Part shown: positions 50,304 to 61,847 of the stretch, one piece after another
Layout of the letters: the number at the start of each line of letters is the position of its first letter
Position numbering within the stretch: position 1 is the first letter of the stretch
From: an uncultured bacterium
Lineage (GTDB): Bacteria > Pseudomonadota > Gammaproteobacteria > Methylococcales > Methylomonadaceae
Length of the DNA stretch: 64,000 bases
Direction of reading: 5' to 3'
Assembly (NCBI GenBank): GCA_965366065.1
Contig: CBDUDV010000014.1
Coordinates: forward strand, 141 to 64,140
Notes under the pieces: generated by a model
What the model saw: the letters and a program-made list of their open reading frames with translations, nothing else
Told to the model about the DNA's origin: nothing
Database searches by the model: none
Program-made: the position numbers and the translations under genes

Positions 50304-53099
50304 CTACTTCAGGCCTTTAACGTGACTTAAATCTAATGGATCACGTATTGGTTTACTCACATAATAACCTTGTGCATAATCCACACCTTGCTGTTCCAAT
50401 AACTGTAATATCATTTCGTTTTCTACGAATTCAGCAATAATCTTTTTGCCGAAGGCCTGGGAAACTTCAGTCAGTACTTTAACAAAAATTCTGTCTTCAT
50501 CGTTGGTATCCATTTGCTTAACAAAAGAGCCATCGATTTTTACATAATCAACAGGTAGCGATTTTAAGTAATAAAAAGAAGAAAAACCGACACCAAAGTC
50601 ATCGAGTGCAAAACTACAACCCAGTGCTTTTAATTTTTGAATCATCGATTTAGCAGATAAAAAGTTAGATACGGCTGAGGTTTCAGTAATTTCAAAAATA
50701 ATGAGTTCAGGTTTTACGCCGGGTTGGTGTAAGAGCTCTTCTATATAAGGCAGAATAGTTTCATCATTCATAGAGCGCCCAGATAAATTAATAGCGAGGC
50801 GCGCATTATTATTGATTTTTTGGAAGGCAAGGTGTCGGTCGATCGCTTTTTTTAGAACGAGGCGGTCTATTTGGTCAATAATACCAAGTGTTTCAGCTTG
50901 AGTAATAAAATCTCCAGGCATTAGGAGTTTTCCATCGGGGCCCTCAATTCTTAATAGGCACTCATAATGACTAATTATTTTGTATTTGATATCTAAAATA
51001 GGCTGATAAAATAACACAAAAGAATCGTCTTTTATCGCGTTTAGAATGGTGTTTTTCCAGTGTAATTGCTGTGTTAATACCGCTTGATACTCAAAATCAG
51101 GTGAAAATATATGGTGACGAGAGCGTCCTGATTTTTTTGCATGATACATTGCTAAATCAGCATTGGCTAAAAGAGCTTGCTGGTCTTTTCCATGCTGAGG
51201 ATAGATAGCAATACCAATACTAAAGCTGATGGGGTAAGGCTGATCATTAATTGTGTAGTGGATGTTTTTTAGAGTAGCAAGCAGTTTATTAGCTAACTTG
51301 ATAACCCCTTCTGTTGTAGCGGAAGGGGTTACTAGGGTAAATTCATCGCCGCCAATACGGCTGAGCAAATCGGTTTCACGTACTTCATATCTTAATTCGC
51401 GAGTAATGCTTTGCAGTAATTCATCACCCGCTTGATGGCCGTGAGTATCATTAATTATCTTAAACTGATCTAGATCTAAATAGAATAAAGCTAGGCTATC
51501 ATCATAGCGTTCAGCCACTGCTAGCATAGCATCAAATTTTTGTTGAAAATCACGGCGATTACTGAGCCCGGTGAGTTGATCGTGAGTGGCAATCCAGACT
51601 AATTGTTCATCCGCAATATGCTGTTCTGTGACATCCATACCTAAACTTAAGACAACGGGCTCTTGTTGGCTATTTGTCGCGTGTATCAGTGAATGAATCC
51701 ACGATATGTAGATAGCATCTTCAGAATTATTTAAATTTAGATGACCTGAATAGTTTATTTCTGCTTGCCCTTGTTTTTTTCTTAGTTGCTCAAGTTGTAG
51801 CAAATGCTTAATTTCATTTTTGGGAATGAAATCGGCAAAAGGGCGACCAATAATTTGCTCTGAGCTGGTCCCAAATTCTTGCAAGGCCTCTTTATTGATT
51901 GAGAGAATTTCACCTTGGATTGATTGGGTGATGATGATGATAGGAGCGGTTTCAATGAGTTGCTCCATAAAATTACGTTGTTTAGCTAATTCGGTAGAGT
52001 TTTGGATTAGTAGCTGTGTGCTTTTTTTTGCTTTAAGAGATAAGTTTTGTAATTGCTGAGAAACGCCAATAGCTGTTTTTGTTAGTGTGGATATTTCATC
52101 AGAAACATAAGGATTACTTGAGGTCGCGAGCTGCTCTGTAAAAGTGCTGTATTGATGTTTTGCTAATAAAGGAAGCGCATTAGACAATTGTAGGATTTTT
52201 TTAATACTCAGCTGAATAATAATAAAAACCATCAGAATGACTGATAAAAGTCCAATAAGCCCAGCGACAGCTTGCTGGTATAACTTGTTTTGTAAGCTAG
52301 TATACTCTTTGCTTATGTCGTTAATACTAACGAAATAAGGTGCTTTTAGATTTTGATTAATGCTGAAAGCGACTATTTCATAGCGGTGTTGATTACTAGT
52401 AAAGGGAAGCGCCTTGTTGGTAAATGAACTGAGAGGGTGTGTTGCTATGAATTGTTGCCAAATAGGTGTATTTTCTTGTGCTTGAGTGATGGCTGATAGG
52501 TGCTGATCATTTGTATGAATGAGTACCCCTAAGTCACTATTGGTAGTATTTTGGTATTGTAATAAGGTATCGACGAATGAGACAGATAAGGCGAGAGCAC
52601 CGATTACTTTAGAGTTACTTAATATAGGTGTAACGATTTGTTGCACACAGCCATTACGGCACTGTATTTCATTATAGGGCGCTTCATTGTTAAAAACTTG
52701 CTGTAAGGTCTCGTCCGATACCTGCGCGCCTTTCCCCCAGTGTTTCAATTTAGCTTGTTTTTTGACATACAGGGTAGCGCCTTCTAAGTTCCAAATAACT
52801 TGCCAATGTGACCAGTATTTATTAAAAAGAATGGTAATTTCTTTTTCTGAGCTTCTGGAGTGCCTTGGAGTAACTAAAATAGATTCATTAAAGCGTTCCA
52901 GCACAAAAACAGACTCGGCAGTAAGCGCGCGAGCAATATTCATTTGTTTTTGTTGTGTGACCGCACGATTTTGTAAGAAATTTTCAGTCGATTGTTGATA
53001 TATGTAGTAAGAGTAGGCGCTATAAAGTGTAATTAAAATAAAACCTAAGCTGAGAGAAAGCTTCCATTTTAAACTCAGAAAAGGTTTAAATTTCTTCAT
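50304..53099 (-). CDS. Membrane sensor with periplasmic domain, PAS, GGDEF and EAL domains
   Basis: Two TM helices, PAS, RETD I-site plus GGDEF, ECL variant motif, DDFGVGFSS. Confidence 0.9.
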   Translation of the reverse strand: MKKFKPFLSLKWKLSLSLGFILITLYSAYSYYIYQQSTENFLQNRAVTQQKQMNIARALTAESVFVLERFNESILVTPRHSRSSEKEITILFNKYWSHWQVIWNLEGATLYVKKQAKLKHWGKGAQVSDETLQQVFNNEAPYNEIQCRNGCVQQIVTPILSNSKVIGALALSVSFVDTLLQYQNTTNSDLGVLIHTNDQHLSAITQAQENTPIWQQFIATHPLSSFTNKALPFTSNQHRYEIVAFSINQNLKAPYFVSINDISKEYTSLQNKLYQQAVAGLIGLLSVILMVFIIIQLSIKKILQLSNALPLLAKHQYSTFTEQLATSSNPYVSDEISTLTKTAIGVSQQLQNLSLKAKKSTQLLIQNSTELAKQRNFMEQLIETAPIIIITQSIQGEILSINKEALQEFGTSSEQIIGRPFADFIPKNEIKHLLQLEQLRKKQGQAEINYSGHLNLNNSEDAIYISWIHSLIHATNSQQEPVVLSLGMDVTEQHIADEQLVWIATHDQLTGLSNRRDFQQKFDAMLAVAERYDDSLALFYLDLDQFKIINDTHGHQAGDELLQSITRELRYEVRETDLLSRIGGDEFTLVTPSATTEGVIKLANKLLATLKNIHYTINDQPYPISFSIGIAIYPQHGKDQQALLANADLAMYHAKKSGRSRHHIFSPDFEYQAVLTQQLHWKNTILNAIKDDSFVLFYQPILDIKYKIISHYECLLRIEGPDGKLLMPGDFITQAETLGIIDQIDRLVLKKAIDRHLAFQKINNNARLAINLSGRSMNDETILPYIEELLHQPGVKPELIIFEITETSAVSNFLSAKSMIQKLKALGCSFALDDFGVGFSSFYYLKSLPVDYVKIDGSFVKQMDTNDEDRIFVKVLTEVSQAFGKKIIAEFVENEMILQLLEQQGVDYAQGYYVSKPIRDPLDLSHVKGLK

Positions 53100-53101
53100 A
53101 T

Positions 53102-54397
53102 TTAGAATCGATATGCGAGTTGTAAGGCGTAGATATTCCAGTCTGCTACCTGTTGGGCAAGGTTTGGGTTATCAAATGCTGAGATAGTAGAGCTACCATG
53201 TACACGATGGTATTCGGCGCGTAACATCCAGGCTGGCGTAATATCCCAGCGCATGCCAAAAACAATGTCGTGAGTAAACATTAGCTGTGCGGGTAAAAAA
53301 GGTGGGTTTTGGCTAAAAGCGATTCCTTTTCTGTCATTAATATCTTGTGTAGATGAGTCATAGCGTAGAGTCGCTTGTAGATTATCTAAAATACGGTAGC
53401 CTGCTTGTACGTACCAATGCTCACTGACAGGTGATATTTCAAAGGTACTACCTGGAGCGAATGGATCGGGAAGCTGGCTGAATTGATTCCACTGTAAAGC
53501 ATATTCAGCTGTCAAGCTTAAACGTTCGCCATTATATTGGGCGGATAGCATAAAGGAATTAATTCTAGCGTTTAAGTCTTTGTAAGGGTCTAGTGCTTGA
53601 CCATCATAGCCTAGGGCGAGATTTGCATAACTGAAGGCAAAAACATATTTGCCGTTGTCTATCTCATAATTAAGGTTGGCTAATAAACTTAAGTCGGAAG
53701 TTAAATCGCCTTGAATGTTAGGGTTACCTGTAATTGCTGCAAGTAATTCTTTATCGGCAGGGTTGGTTAATCCTAGGTTAAATTTAAAAGTAAAGTTACC
53801 TAGGTTGGTATCGTAATCGCTATAGAGCTGCCCACCATCCATAGAAACAAACAGTGCGCGTGAACGTTCAAAATAAGCAAGCGGCAAAAAGATGGTTGGG
53901 TGTGTTGCTGCAACATCACGTGTTTCATTATATAAGCCCCAGGGGTTTTTAATTCGCCCAGCGCGTACACCGAACCGCCCCGCACTGTGTCTAAAAAAAG
54001 TGTAGTCAATAAACGCAAAATCTAAGGAAACCGTGCCTTCAGGGCCAGTACTTTCGCCTGCTCTTCTATATAAGCCTTGGGCTGCAAAGCTTAAGTTATT
54101 TAGGGCTTGATAGGAAATGTTTAAACCAAGCTCAGTTGAACCGGCAGAAACGCTATCTTTACTTTTGCCGTAAACATTATTACCTGTAGTAGAGAATAAA
54201 CCCTGACTTAAAAAACCATGTATTTGTATATCATCCATCCAGGGTTTTTTATAATCGGCCCACTTAAAGTCATCACTTTCCAATGAGCTAGCGGGTACTG
54301 AAACATTTTCTGTAGCCATTGTATTATTGACGGAGAATAATAAACAGCATAAAAAAGTGATGCTTGTAAGGGTGAATTTATTCATGAGACTCACCAT
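53102..54397 (-). CDS. Putative outer-membrane beta-barrel (porin-like)
   Basis: Signal peptide; IHGFLSQG, GRIKNPWGLYNETRDV; C-terminal YRF. Confidence 0.7.
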   Translation of the reverse strand: MVSLMNKFTLTSITFLCCLLFSVNNTMATENVSVPASSLESDDFKWADYKKPWMDDIQIHGFLSQGLFSTTGNNVYGKSKDSVSAGSTELGLNISYQALNNLSFAAQGLYRRAGESTGPEGTVSLDFAFIDYTFFRHSAGRFGVRAGRIKNPWGLYNETRDVAATHPTIFLPLAYFERSRALFVSMDGGQLYSDYDTNLGNFTFKFNLGLTNPADKELLAAITGNPNIQGDLTSDLSLLANLNYEIDNGKYVFAFSYANLALGYDGQALDPYKDLNARINSFMLSAQYNGERLSLTAEYALQWNQFSQLPDPFAPGSTFEISPVSEHWYVQAGYRILDNLQATLRYDSSTQDINDRKGIAFSQNPPFLPAQLMFTHDIVFGMRWDITPAWMLRAEYHRVHGSSTISAFDNPNLAQQVADWNIYALQLAYRF

Positions 54398-54824
54398 TGT
54401 CGATATAACCTATAGCATTTTTGGTCTGATTAACGAGCTCTAGCATTTCGGCAGCAGAATCGACAGTGCTAGGTGCTTGACCTGTGCCTGTGTAGGTTAG
54501 CCGGTTCCAGGTTCTGCGTAATTGATGAGGGAAAAGGTGTAAGTTTTCTTTTACGAAGCGCTGATGTATAGGGTTGTCATCAGGCATAACAATGACTCGG
54601 ATTCTTTCGCCATTAGGCCAATATAAAGTGCGCATAGCAAAAACTGAAGCAAGGTTGTGCTGTTGCTCAAGTTGCCTCAGTTGATCAATATTGTCTGGGT
54701 GGGTAATAACCTCTAATGCGTGGACGGAATGCGAACTTAAAATAAATAAGCAGGCACACAAAAATAGGCAGAAAGTACGCTGTTTTTTAAGTGTAGAGGA
54801 GGTGTTAAATAATCTAAAGTCCAT
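54378..54824 (-). CDS. Small periplasmic binding-protein-like protein
   Basis: Signal peptide; YWPNGERI, YTGTGQAP, NAIGYI. Confidence 0.65.
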   Translation of the reverse strand: MDFRLFNTSSTLKKQRTFCLFLCACLFILSSHSVHALEVITHPDNIDQLRQLEQQHNLASVFAMRTLYWPNGERIRVIVMPDDNPIHQRFVKENLHLFPHQLRRTWNRLTYTGTGQAPSTVDSAAEMLELVNQTKNAIGYIDNGESHE

Positions 54825-54866
54825 AAGTAAGTTTTAGCACTTTTATATTGCAAAGACAATGTAATT

Positions 54867-55328
54867 TTATGTGGATTCACTCAAGCGTAGTGCAACTTCA
54901 ATAAATTGCTTATTTTGAAGCTGATAGCCGCGGATTTCCATGATGCCCTTAATATTAAGAGAGATAATTAAATACAATGCTTCGGGGTAGTTGGCTTGGT
55001 GTAAGTCTGTTTGTGATGGTATCGCAGGTGCAGTGGGGTGCGAATGATAAATAGCAAAAAGCTGCTCTTGCTTGTTACGTATATCTGCCATTGCTTTAAT
55101 TTGTTGCTGAGCATCTAAATTAAAAAATTCAGTGGGCTTAGTTGCTGTATTTTTTATAGGGTAAGATTGAGTGGCAATATTATTTTTGCTACTCACTAGA
55201 CCGCAGACTTCTTCCTTTGGTGTTTGTTGTGCGTGATGAAGTAAGTTTTGTACTATTTTTCTGGGGATGGATATTTCATTCATGGAATTTGACATAAGAT
55301 TTTTAAGTATTAGATCGCCATTGTGCAT
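54867..55328 (-). CDS. M67/JAMM metallopeptidase
   Basis: EEVCGL; YHSHPTAPAIPSQTD. Confidence 0.88.
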   Translation of the reverse strand: MHNGDLILKNLMSNSMNEISIPRKIVQNLLHHAQQTPKEEVCGLVSSKNNIATQSYPIKNTATKPTEFFNLDAQQQIKAMADIRNKQEQLFAIYHSHPTAPAIPSQTDLHQANYPEALYLIISLNIKGIMEIRGYQLQNKQFIEVALRLSEST

Positions 55329-56151
55329 AACTTATTCGAGCTTGGCCGGATAAATCATTGAGGCAATGAATATTGTAATAATTATTTTCAGAGAGAATAG
55401 TATTAACCGCGTTTTTTTGGTCGTAGCCATGTTCTAAAATTAGATAGGCCTCTTGTTTTAAATACACTTTGCTCTGCTGTGCTATATAAATAATATCTTG
55501 TAAGCCTTGTTGTTGTGCAATTAATGCGCTATTTGGCTCAAATCGCACATCACCTTGTTGTAAGTGCGGATCGCTAGAGTTTATATACGGAGGGTTACTG
55601 ACAATAAAATCAAATTTCTGCTTGGGGATGTCGGTAAACCAGTCGCTTTGTATAAAGCTAATTTGTGGCGTTTGGTTTAATGCTGCATTTTGTTTAGCGA
55701 TGTTTAAAGCAGCGCTACTCTTATCAACAGCGGTAACCTGAATATATCTTCTTTCTGCTGCTAGGGTGATGGCAATAATGCCTGATCCAGTACCTAAATC
55801 AAGTAAAGAGTTGCTTGCTTTATCGTCAATTAAATCTAAACAAAGCTCGATCAGGGTTTCAGTTTCAGGGCGAGGGATCAGTACTGCTGGCGTTGTAATG
55901 AAATCACGTGACCAAAATTCGCGCGTTCCTGTTAGATAGGCTACCGGCGTCCCTTGTAAGCGCTTTTTGAAAAGTTGCTGGAACTGACCGAATTGCTCGT
56001 TAGTTAGTTGTTTTTCTGGCCATGCGCGTAAATGGCTACGGTCTTTTTTTAAAATATGGCACAGCAATATCTCAACGTCAATTTGAGCTGAATCTGAGCT
56101 AGCGTGTAATTGCTGGCTAGACTCAGTGAGTAGGTTTTGGATAGTGTGCAT
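55303..56151 (-). CDS. prmC: Release factor glutamine methyltransferase
   Basis: LIPRPETE, LDLGTGSG, SNPPY. Confidence 0.95.
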   Translation of the reverse strand: MHTIQNLLTESSQQLHASSDSAQIDVEILLCHILKKDRSHLRAWPEKQLTNEQFGQFQQLFKKRLQGTPVAYLTGTREFWSRDFITTPAVLIPRPETETLIELCLDLIDDKASNSLLDLGTGSGIIAITLAAERRYIQVTAVDKSSAALNIAKQNAALNQTPQISFIQSDWFTDIPKQKFDFIVSNPPYINSSDPHLQQGDVRFEPNSALIAQQQGLQDIIYIAQQSKVYLKQEAYLILEHGYDQKNAVNTILSENNYYNIHCLNDLSGQARISYAQWRSNT

Positions 56152-56160
56152 AAATTAGAG

Positions 56161-57249
56161 CTAAGCCTCATCGCCTAGCTGTGTTAATTGCTCTGCTTGA
56201 TGCTCACTGATAAGTGGTTCAATCACATGGTTTAAAGCGCCTTGCATGATTTCATCTAATTTATACAGTGTTAAGTTGATGCGGTGATCCGTCATGCGCC
56301 CTTGTGGATAATTATAGGTGCGAATGCGCTCAGAGCGGTCACCACTACCGACTTGTAATTTCCTATTTTCTGAATTCTCGGCATGCTGCTTATCTTGTTG
56401 CACAGAAAGTAAGCGTGACTGCAATACAGACAAGGCTTGCGCTTTATTTTTGTGCTGTGAACGACCGTCTTGGCACTCGACAACTAAACCAGTAGGTAAA
56501 TGGGTAACACGAATAGCTGAGTCGGTTTTATTGACGTGCTGACCACCGGCGCCAGAGGCGCGAAACGTGTCAATACGTAAGTCGCTTGGGTTGATCTCAA
56601 TATTATCAATTTCAGCGGCTTCTGGCATGACAGCGACGGTGCAGGCTGAAGTGTGTACTCGACCTTGAGATTCGGTTTCAGGAACGCGCTGTACGCGGTG
56701 TACGCCGGCTTCAAATTTTAGTTTGGAATAAACATCTTGTCCGCTGATACGTAGAATAATTTCTTTAAAACCGCCGTGGTCTCCGCGTGTTTCACTCGTT
56801 GTTTCTATTTTCCAGCCTTGGTTTTCTGCATAACGGGTGTACATGCGTGCTAAATCGCCCGAGAAAATTGCCGCTTCATCGCCGCCGGTACCCGCGCGAA
56901 CTTCTAAATAAATATTACGGTTGTCGTTAGGATCACGCGGTAATAAAAGAATTTGTAATTCGCTTTCTAAACGCGCTTGTTCTGCTTTGGCTTCGGCAAT
57001 TTCTTCTTTCGCCATCTCACGCATTTCATCATCGTCTTCTTCCAGCATCTCTTGAGCTGTGCTAATGCTTTCTTCCGTTTCTATATAGCTTTTATAGCAA
57101 TCGACGAGTGGGTTGATTTGTGAGTATTCTTGGCTGAGTGAGCGGAATTGATTTTGATCTGACTGTATTTCTGGCTGAGAAAGCAATACGGCGATTTCAT
57201 CGAAACGATCGTGAAGATTTTCGAGTTTAAGTTTTATTGATGATTTCAT
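56161..57249 (-). CDS. prfA: Peptide chain release factor 1
   Basis: GGQ motif; [12 protein letters not shown]. Confidence 0.97.
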   Translation of the reverse strand: MKSSIKLKLENLHDRFDEIAVLLSQPEIQSDQNQFRSLSQEYSQINPLVDCYKSYIETEESISTAQEMLEEDDDEMREMAKEEIAEAKAEQARLESELQILLLPRDPNDNRNIYLEVRAGTGGDEAAIFSGDLARMYTRYAENQGWKIETTSETRGDHGGFKEIILRISGQDVYSKLKFEAGVHRVQRVPETESQGRVHTSACTVAVMPEAAEIDNIEINPSDLRIDTFRASGAGGQHVNKTDSAIRVTHLPTGLVVECQDGRSQHKNKAQALSVLQSRLLSVQQDKQHAENSENRKLQVGSGDRSERIRTYNYPQGRMTDHRINLTLYKLDEIMQGALNHVIEPLISEHQAEQLTQLGDEA

Positions 57250-57253
57250 AAGT

Positions 57254-58507
57254 TTAGTCAGCTAAATTGAATATTTCTCTTGCAGCAGCAATAAGTTCGT
57301 GACGTTCGTTTTCACTGGCTTTTCTTAATTGAGTACAGGGAGTGTGAGTTAATTTATTGGTTAATGTATGCGCAAGCTGCTGTAAAACAGCCTCGGGAGC
57401 TGTGCCATTTTTTAAGGCAGAGAGTGCTTTATTCAGACTTTCTTGTTGGTGTTGAGCTGCTTGCTGGCGATAATCAACAATAGTTGATTGGCCTGATTGA
57501 GCTTTTATCCAAGATGAAAAATTTTCAACTCGGGTATCAATTATTTCTTCTGCCTGCTCAGCTGCAAGGCGGCGGGAATTTAAGTTATCGCTAATAATAT
57601 TTTGTAGGTCGTCTACGGTGTAAAGGTAGACGTCATTAAGCTTGGCAACTTCGGGCTCAATATCGCGAGGGACAGCAAGATCAACCATAAACATCGGTTT
57701 ATGTTTGCGCTGTTTAATGGCGCTTTCTACCAAGCCCTTACCTAAAATAGGCAGTTGGCTTGCGGTTGAAGATACAATAATATCGGCATCAGCAATGTGT
57801 AAGGCTAAGTCAGATAAGGGGATTGCATAGCCGTCAAATTGTTTAGCTAAATTATGCGCTTTATCGTAAGTGCGGTTAGCAATGATAATGCGCTGAATGC
57901 CATTTTGATGTAGATGGCGCGCAGTAAGTTCGATTGTTTCACCTGCGCCAATGAGAATCGCGGTTTGCTGACCTAAATCATCAAAAATTTGTTTACTTAA
58001 TTGAACGGCGGCAAAAGCAACTGATACCGAACTAGAGCCTATTTCAGTATCGGTGCGTACTTTTTTAGCGGTAGAGAAGGTATGTTGAAAAAGTTTACTT
58101 AGATCTTTGCCTAATGTGCCGGCGGTATTCGCAGTGTGGTAGGCAGTTTTAATCTGCCCTAAAATTTGTGGCTCGCCGAGAATCATCGATTCTAAGCCGC
58201 TGGCGACACGAAATATATGCCTAATTAAGGCATTATCAATGTGCGTGTACAGGTAGGGTTGAAAGTCAGTTGGGTTGAGTTGGTGATGTTGTGCTATCCA
58301 GTCTATGACGGGATGGGGGTTGTTATCATCGAGTGCACAGTATATTTCTGTGCGATTACAAGTGGATAAAATAGCAGCTTCTGATATGTTTGGCTGCTGC
58401 CATAGATCCTTTACAGCTGTAGACAAGGTTTCGGCAGGAAACGCAAGCTGTTCACGAATGGAAACAGGAGCTGTTGTATAATTAATGCCGAGAGCAAGAA
58501 GAGTCAT
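57254..58507 (-). CDS. hemA: Glutamyl-tRNA reductase
   Basis: [27 protein letters not shown]. Confidence 0.97.
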   Translation of the reverse strand: MTLLALGINYTTAPVSIREQLAFPAETLSTAVKDLWQQPNISEAAILSTCNRTEIYCALDDNNPHPVIDWIAQHHQLNPTDFQPYLYTHIDNALIRHIFRVASGLESMILGEPQILGQIKTAYHTANTAGTLGKDLSKLFQHTFSTAKKVRTDTEIGSSSVSVAFAAVQLSKQIFDDLGQQTAILIGAGETIELTARHLHQNGIQRIIIANRTYDKAHNLAKQFDGYAIPLSDLALHIADADIIVSSTASQLPILGKGLVESAIKQRKHKPMFMVDLAVPRDIEPEVAKLNDVYLYTVDDLQNIISDNLNSRRLAAEQAEEIIDTRVENFSSWIKAQSGQSTIVDYRQQAAQHQQESLNKALSALKNGTAPEAVLQQLAHTLTNKLTHTPCTQLRKASENERHELIAAAREIFNLAD

Positions 58508-58661
58508 TAATGCCTGTTGAAGTAAAGAAATGGAAAGGTAGAATAAGCTTGTAAACTTCTATTCTAAGGAATTTTATAGATTTAGCCAAATAGAATACTT
58601 GCTTATTAAAGTTATTAACTAAATTATAGAATGTGATAATGTATTTTTAATCCATTGCAAT

Positions 58662-60407
58662 TTGAGTCAAAAAGGAATTTCATTGAAAGTTATAAAGATA
58701 ATAGCGTTGAATAGTTTTTTTATGTTGGCCGCCTGTGCTGGGCTAGAGATGAAACCGGAAAAAGAAGCGGCGGTTGATGTAAAAAAAGCAAAGGAAAGTA
58801 TTGAGCTCGAAAAGCAAACGGCGATCAGCCCTAAAGTTATGTTTTTATTGCTTACCGCAGAGGTTGCTGGGCAACGAGGGCAGTATGGAATTGCTTTGGA
58901 TGGTTATTTACGAGCTGCGGCAATCGAAAAAGATATAGATGTTATCAAAAGGTCGGCAAGTATTGCGGTTTTTTTACAGGATGAGAAAAAATTAGATGAA
59001 GCTGTGGGGTATTGGCTAGAAATCGATGAAAATGATTTGGAGGCGCGACACTTAAAAGCAGTGGCTGCAATTCAGGGTGGCAGAAATGTAGTTGCCATAG
59101 AGCAGATTAATTTCATTTTAGATAAGGCGCCGCAAGATTTTGATGTGCGCATGCAAATTATAGTCAAAAATTTGCGTAAGCAAGAGAGCTTTCGGGTTGC
59201 TTATGATGTTTTTACTACGCTAAGTGCGCAGCACCCAGCTAATGAATCATTTTATTTTATCTTGGCTTATTTAGATTATCAGGCAAAGCAATATTTACCT
59301 GCACAACAGAAATTAAAGCAAGCGTTAGAGATTAAGAGTCACTGGGTAAAGGCATTATTGTTACAAGGGCAGGTTTATATTGGGCAAAATAAACTGGAGT
59401 TAGCAACAGAGTCTTTGCAGCAAGCTGTTGCTGAGGAAGAGAATGCTAAAATAAGTGAGCAAATAGCTCAGCTGCTAATCAATCAGAATAGATTTAATGA
59501 GGCGCTAGATGTCTTGGATGAATTGAGTGATAAAAACCCAGGAAATAACGCGATTAAGATGCAGCAAGCTTTAGTGATGTTGCAGTTGGATAGTGGGAGT
59601 GATGGGGCGGAAAAAATATTATTAGAGCTGGTGGAAGTCGCTAAATATAGGGATCAGTGCTTATATTATTTAGGGCGGATAGCGGTAAGTAAAAAGCAAC
59701 ACCAAAGTGCACTGAACTGGTTTGATGCAGTGGCTGAGGGGAAATATAAGTACGAAGCAAATGTTAGTGTTGTGCTAGTGTTGATGAAAGAAAATCGGCT
59801 GAATGAGGCGCTGCTTCGTGTTGAGCAAGTAAAGCAGGCCTACCCTCAGAAGGCGGATAAGTTGGTGCTGATTGAATCTGAAGTGCTGAGTCGAAAAAAA
59901 CAATATCAACAAGCGTTTGATGTACTTAGTAGTGCGTTATTGAAGTCCCCTGAGAATTCAGATATTTTATATGCCCGTGCACTAATGGCGGAAAAAACAG
60001 GCGATATAAAAACACTAGAGGATGATTTAAAATATATTTTAGAAAAACGTCCAAATGATGCAACCGCTTTAAATGCACTGGGGTATACCTTAGTGGATAA
60101 AACGCAACGCTATGAGGAGGCTAGGGGGTACATTGAGAAAGCGCTAGCAATTAAACCTAATGAAGCGGTTTTTATAGATAGTTATGGTTGGCTGTTCTTT
60201 AAAATGGGGCGATTTGAAGAGGCAAAAAAACAATTAGAAAAAGCGTATGCGTTGCAACCACAAGCGGAAATTGCAGGGCATTTAGTTGAGGTGCTTTCTG
60301 CTTTAAATCAGCATAAAGGAGCAAAGGAATTGCTAATGAAGGCATTGAAATTGAATGCTGATGATGACTACTTGCTCGCTTTGAAGCAACAGCTATTGAA
60401 TGAATAG
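58662..60407 (+). CDS. TPR-repeat lipoprotein
   Basis: Lipobox LAAC; LNALGYTL and DSYGW TPR motifs; usual position before lolB. Confidence 0.85.
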   Translation: MSQKGISLKVIKIIALNSFFMLAACAGLEMKPEKEAAVDVKKAKESIELEKQTAISPKVMFLLLTAEVAGQRGQYGIALDGYLRAAAIEKDIDVIKRSASIAVFLQDEKKLDEAVGYWLEIDENDLEARHLKAVAAIQGGRNVVAIEQINFILDKAPQDFDVRMQIIVKNLRKQESFRVAYDVFTTLSAQHPANESFYFILAYLDYQAKQYLPAQQKLKQALEIKSHWVKALLLQGQVYIGQNKLELATESLQQAVAEEENAKISEQIAQLLINQNRFNEALDVLDELSDKNPGNNAIKMQQALVMLQLDSGSDGAEKILLELVEVAKYRDQCLYYLGRIAVSKKQHQSALNWFDAVAEGKYKYEANVSVVLVLMKENRLNEALLRVEQVKQAYPQKADKLVLIESEVLSRKKQYQQAFDVLSSALLKSPENSDILYARALMAEKTGDIKTLEDDLKYILEKRPNDATALNALGYTLVDKTQRYEEARGYIEKALAIKPNEAVFIDSYGWLFFKMGRFEEAKKQLEKAYALQPQAEIAGHLVEVLSALNQHKGAKELLMKALKLNADDDYLLALKQQLLNE

Positions 60408-60966
60408 TTGGCTTCGTTGGATAGGTGTATTTCTATTGTTAGTGATAGGAAGCGCCTGTGTTAAAGCGCCTACATTAGACGTGCAGGAAGTGTGGCAGAA
60501 ATCTAGTGAATTACTAGTAATTGATGGCTGGGGATTTTATGGTCGAATGCTAATCCGCTCTGATGAAGTGGTCAATGCAAATATAAGCTGGCGGCACGAA
60601 AGTCAGCGAGATGAATTGAGTTTATTTGGTTTGCTGGGACTAGGTAAAAAGAAGATTGTTGTTGATTCTAATGGGATTAGCTTGGATGAAGGTGGTGGTG
60701 AAAGGGTGTATTCACAAAATGTAGATGAGTTTATTGCGCAAAAATTAGGTTTTTTAGTGCCAATAACAGCGTTAAGACAGTGGGTGCTTGGGCGGCCGCT
60801 GAATAGCGTCGCGGTTACAAAAATAGACGGTGGCTTTGAGCAGTTGGGATGGCAAGTTATGGCGGACAGATATAAGCTAACTGCGCTTGGGGTGTTGCCA
60901 CATAAGTTAAAAGTCAGTAAAAATAATATAAAATTAATCTTAATAATCGATCGATGGGAAAAATAA
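60400..60966 (+). CDS. lolB: Outer-membrane lipoprotein receptor LolB
   Basis: Lipobox GSAC; LRQWVLG; synteny. Confidence 0.85.
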   Translation: MNSWLRWIGVFLLLVIGSACVKAPTLDVQEVWQKSSELLVIDGWGFYGRMLIRSDEVVNANISWRHESQRDELSLFGLLGLGKKKIVVDSNGISLDEGGGERVYSQNVDEFIAQKLGFLVPITALRQWVLGRPLNSVAVTKIDGGFEQLGWQVMADRYKLTALGVLPHKLKVSKNNIKLILIIDRWEK

Positions 60967-61844
60967 TGATGGATCAAGCTGTCAGTAAACAAGGTTGGGG
61001 GCTTAGGTGGTCAGCGCCAGCGAAGCTAAATTTAATGTTGCGTATTACAGGACGTAGAGCAGATGGGTATCACTTGTTACAGACGGTTTTTCAAATAATC
61101 GATATCACTGATGGCTTGATTTTTACGGAAAATAAAGAAAACCAAGTTAGTCTGAAAAATCCGATCCCTGGTGTTAATGAAGAAGATGATTTGACTGTGC
61201 GGGCAGCAAATATTTTAAAAGCAGAGACGGGATATAAGGGCGGAGTTTGTATCGAGATGGAAAAAAACCTGCCGATGGGGGGTGGGTTGGGCGGTGGAAG
61301 TTCGGATGCCGCAACAGTTTTGTTAGTATTAAATAAATTATGGGGCTTAGACTTAGACCAACAAAAACTAATGGAACTCGGCGTGCAATTGGGTGCTGAT
61401 GTGCCTGTGTTTGTGAATGGGGCTAGTGTTTGGGCGGAAGGTGTCGGCGAGGAGTTGACGGAAATAAGCTTGCCTAATGCATGGTATGTTGTAGTGAAAC
61501 CGGTATGTCATGTTGATACTGCTAAAATATTTTCAGCAAAAGGATTGACACGCGATAGTGAATCGATCAAAATACCTGACTTTAATGCAGGACAGATTAG
61601 AAATGACTGTTCGGAAGTCGTTAGAATGCTTCATAAGGAAGTTGATGAAGCGCTAGAAGAATTGTCTGCTTATGGAGAAGCAAGATTAACAGGAACAGGA
61701 GCATGTGTTTTTGTACAATTCGATAATGAAGAGCAAGCAAAGAAAGTTTATGAGCTGTTGCCTTCAAGCAGGGAAAAATATTTAACGCAAGGATTAGCAA
61801 ACTCACCATTGATAGTTGAAATGAGTGAGGTCTTTAATATCTAA
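60954..61844 (+). CDS. ispE: 4-diphosphocytidyl-2C-methyl-D-erythritol kinase
   Basis: APAKLNL, PMGGGLGGGSSDAA, GADVP. Confidence 0.95.
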   Translation: MGKIMMDQAVSKQGWGLRWSAPAKLNLMLRITGRRADGYHLLQTVFQIIDITDGLIFTENKENQVSLKNPIPGVNEEDDLTVRAANILKAETGYKGGVCIEMEKNLPMGGGLGGGSSDAATVLLVLNKLWGLDLDQQKLMELGVQLGADVPVFVNGASVWAEGVGEELTEISLPNAWYVVVKPVCHVDTAKIFSAKGLTRDSESIKIPDFNAGQIRNDCSEVVRMLHKEVDEALEELSAYGEARLTGTGACVFVQFDNEEQAKKVYELLPSSREKYLTQGLANSPLIVEMSEVFNI

Positions 61845-61847
61845 AAT

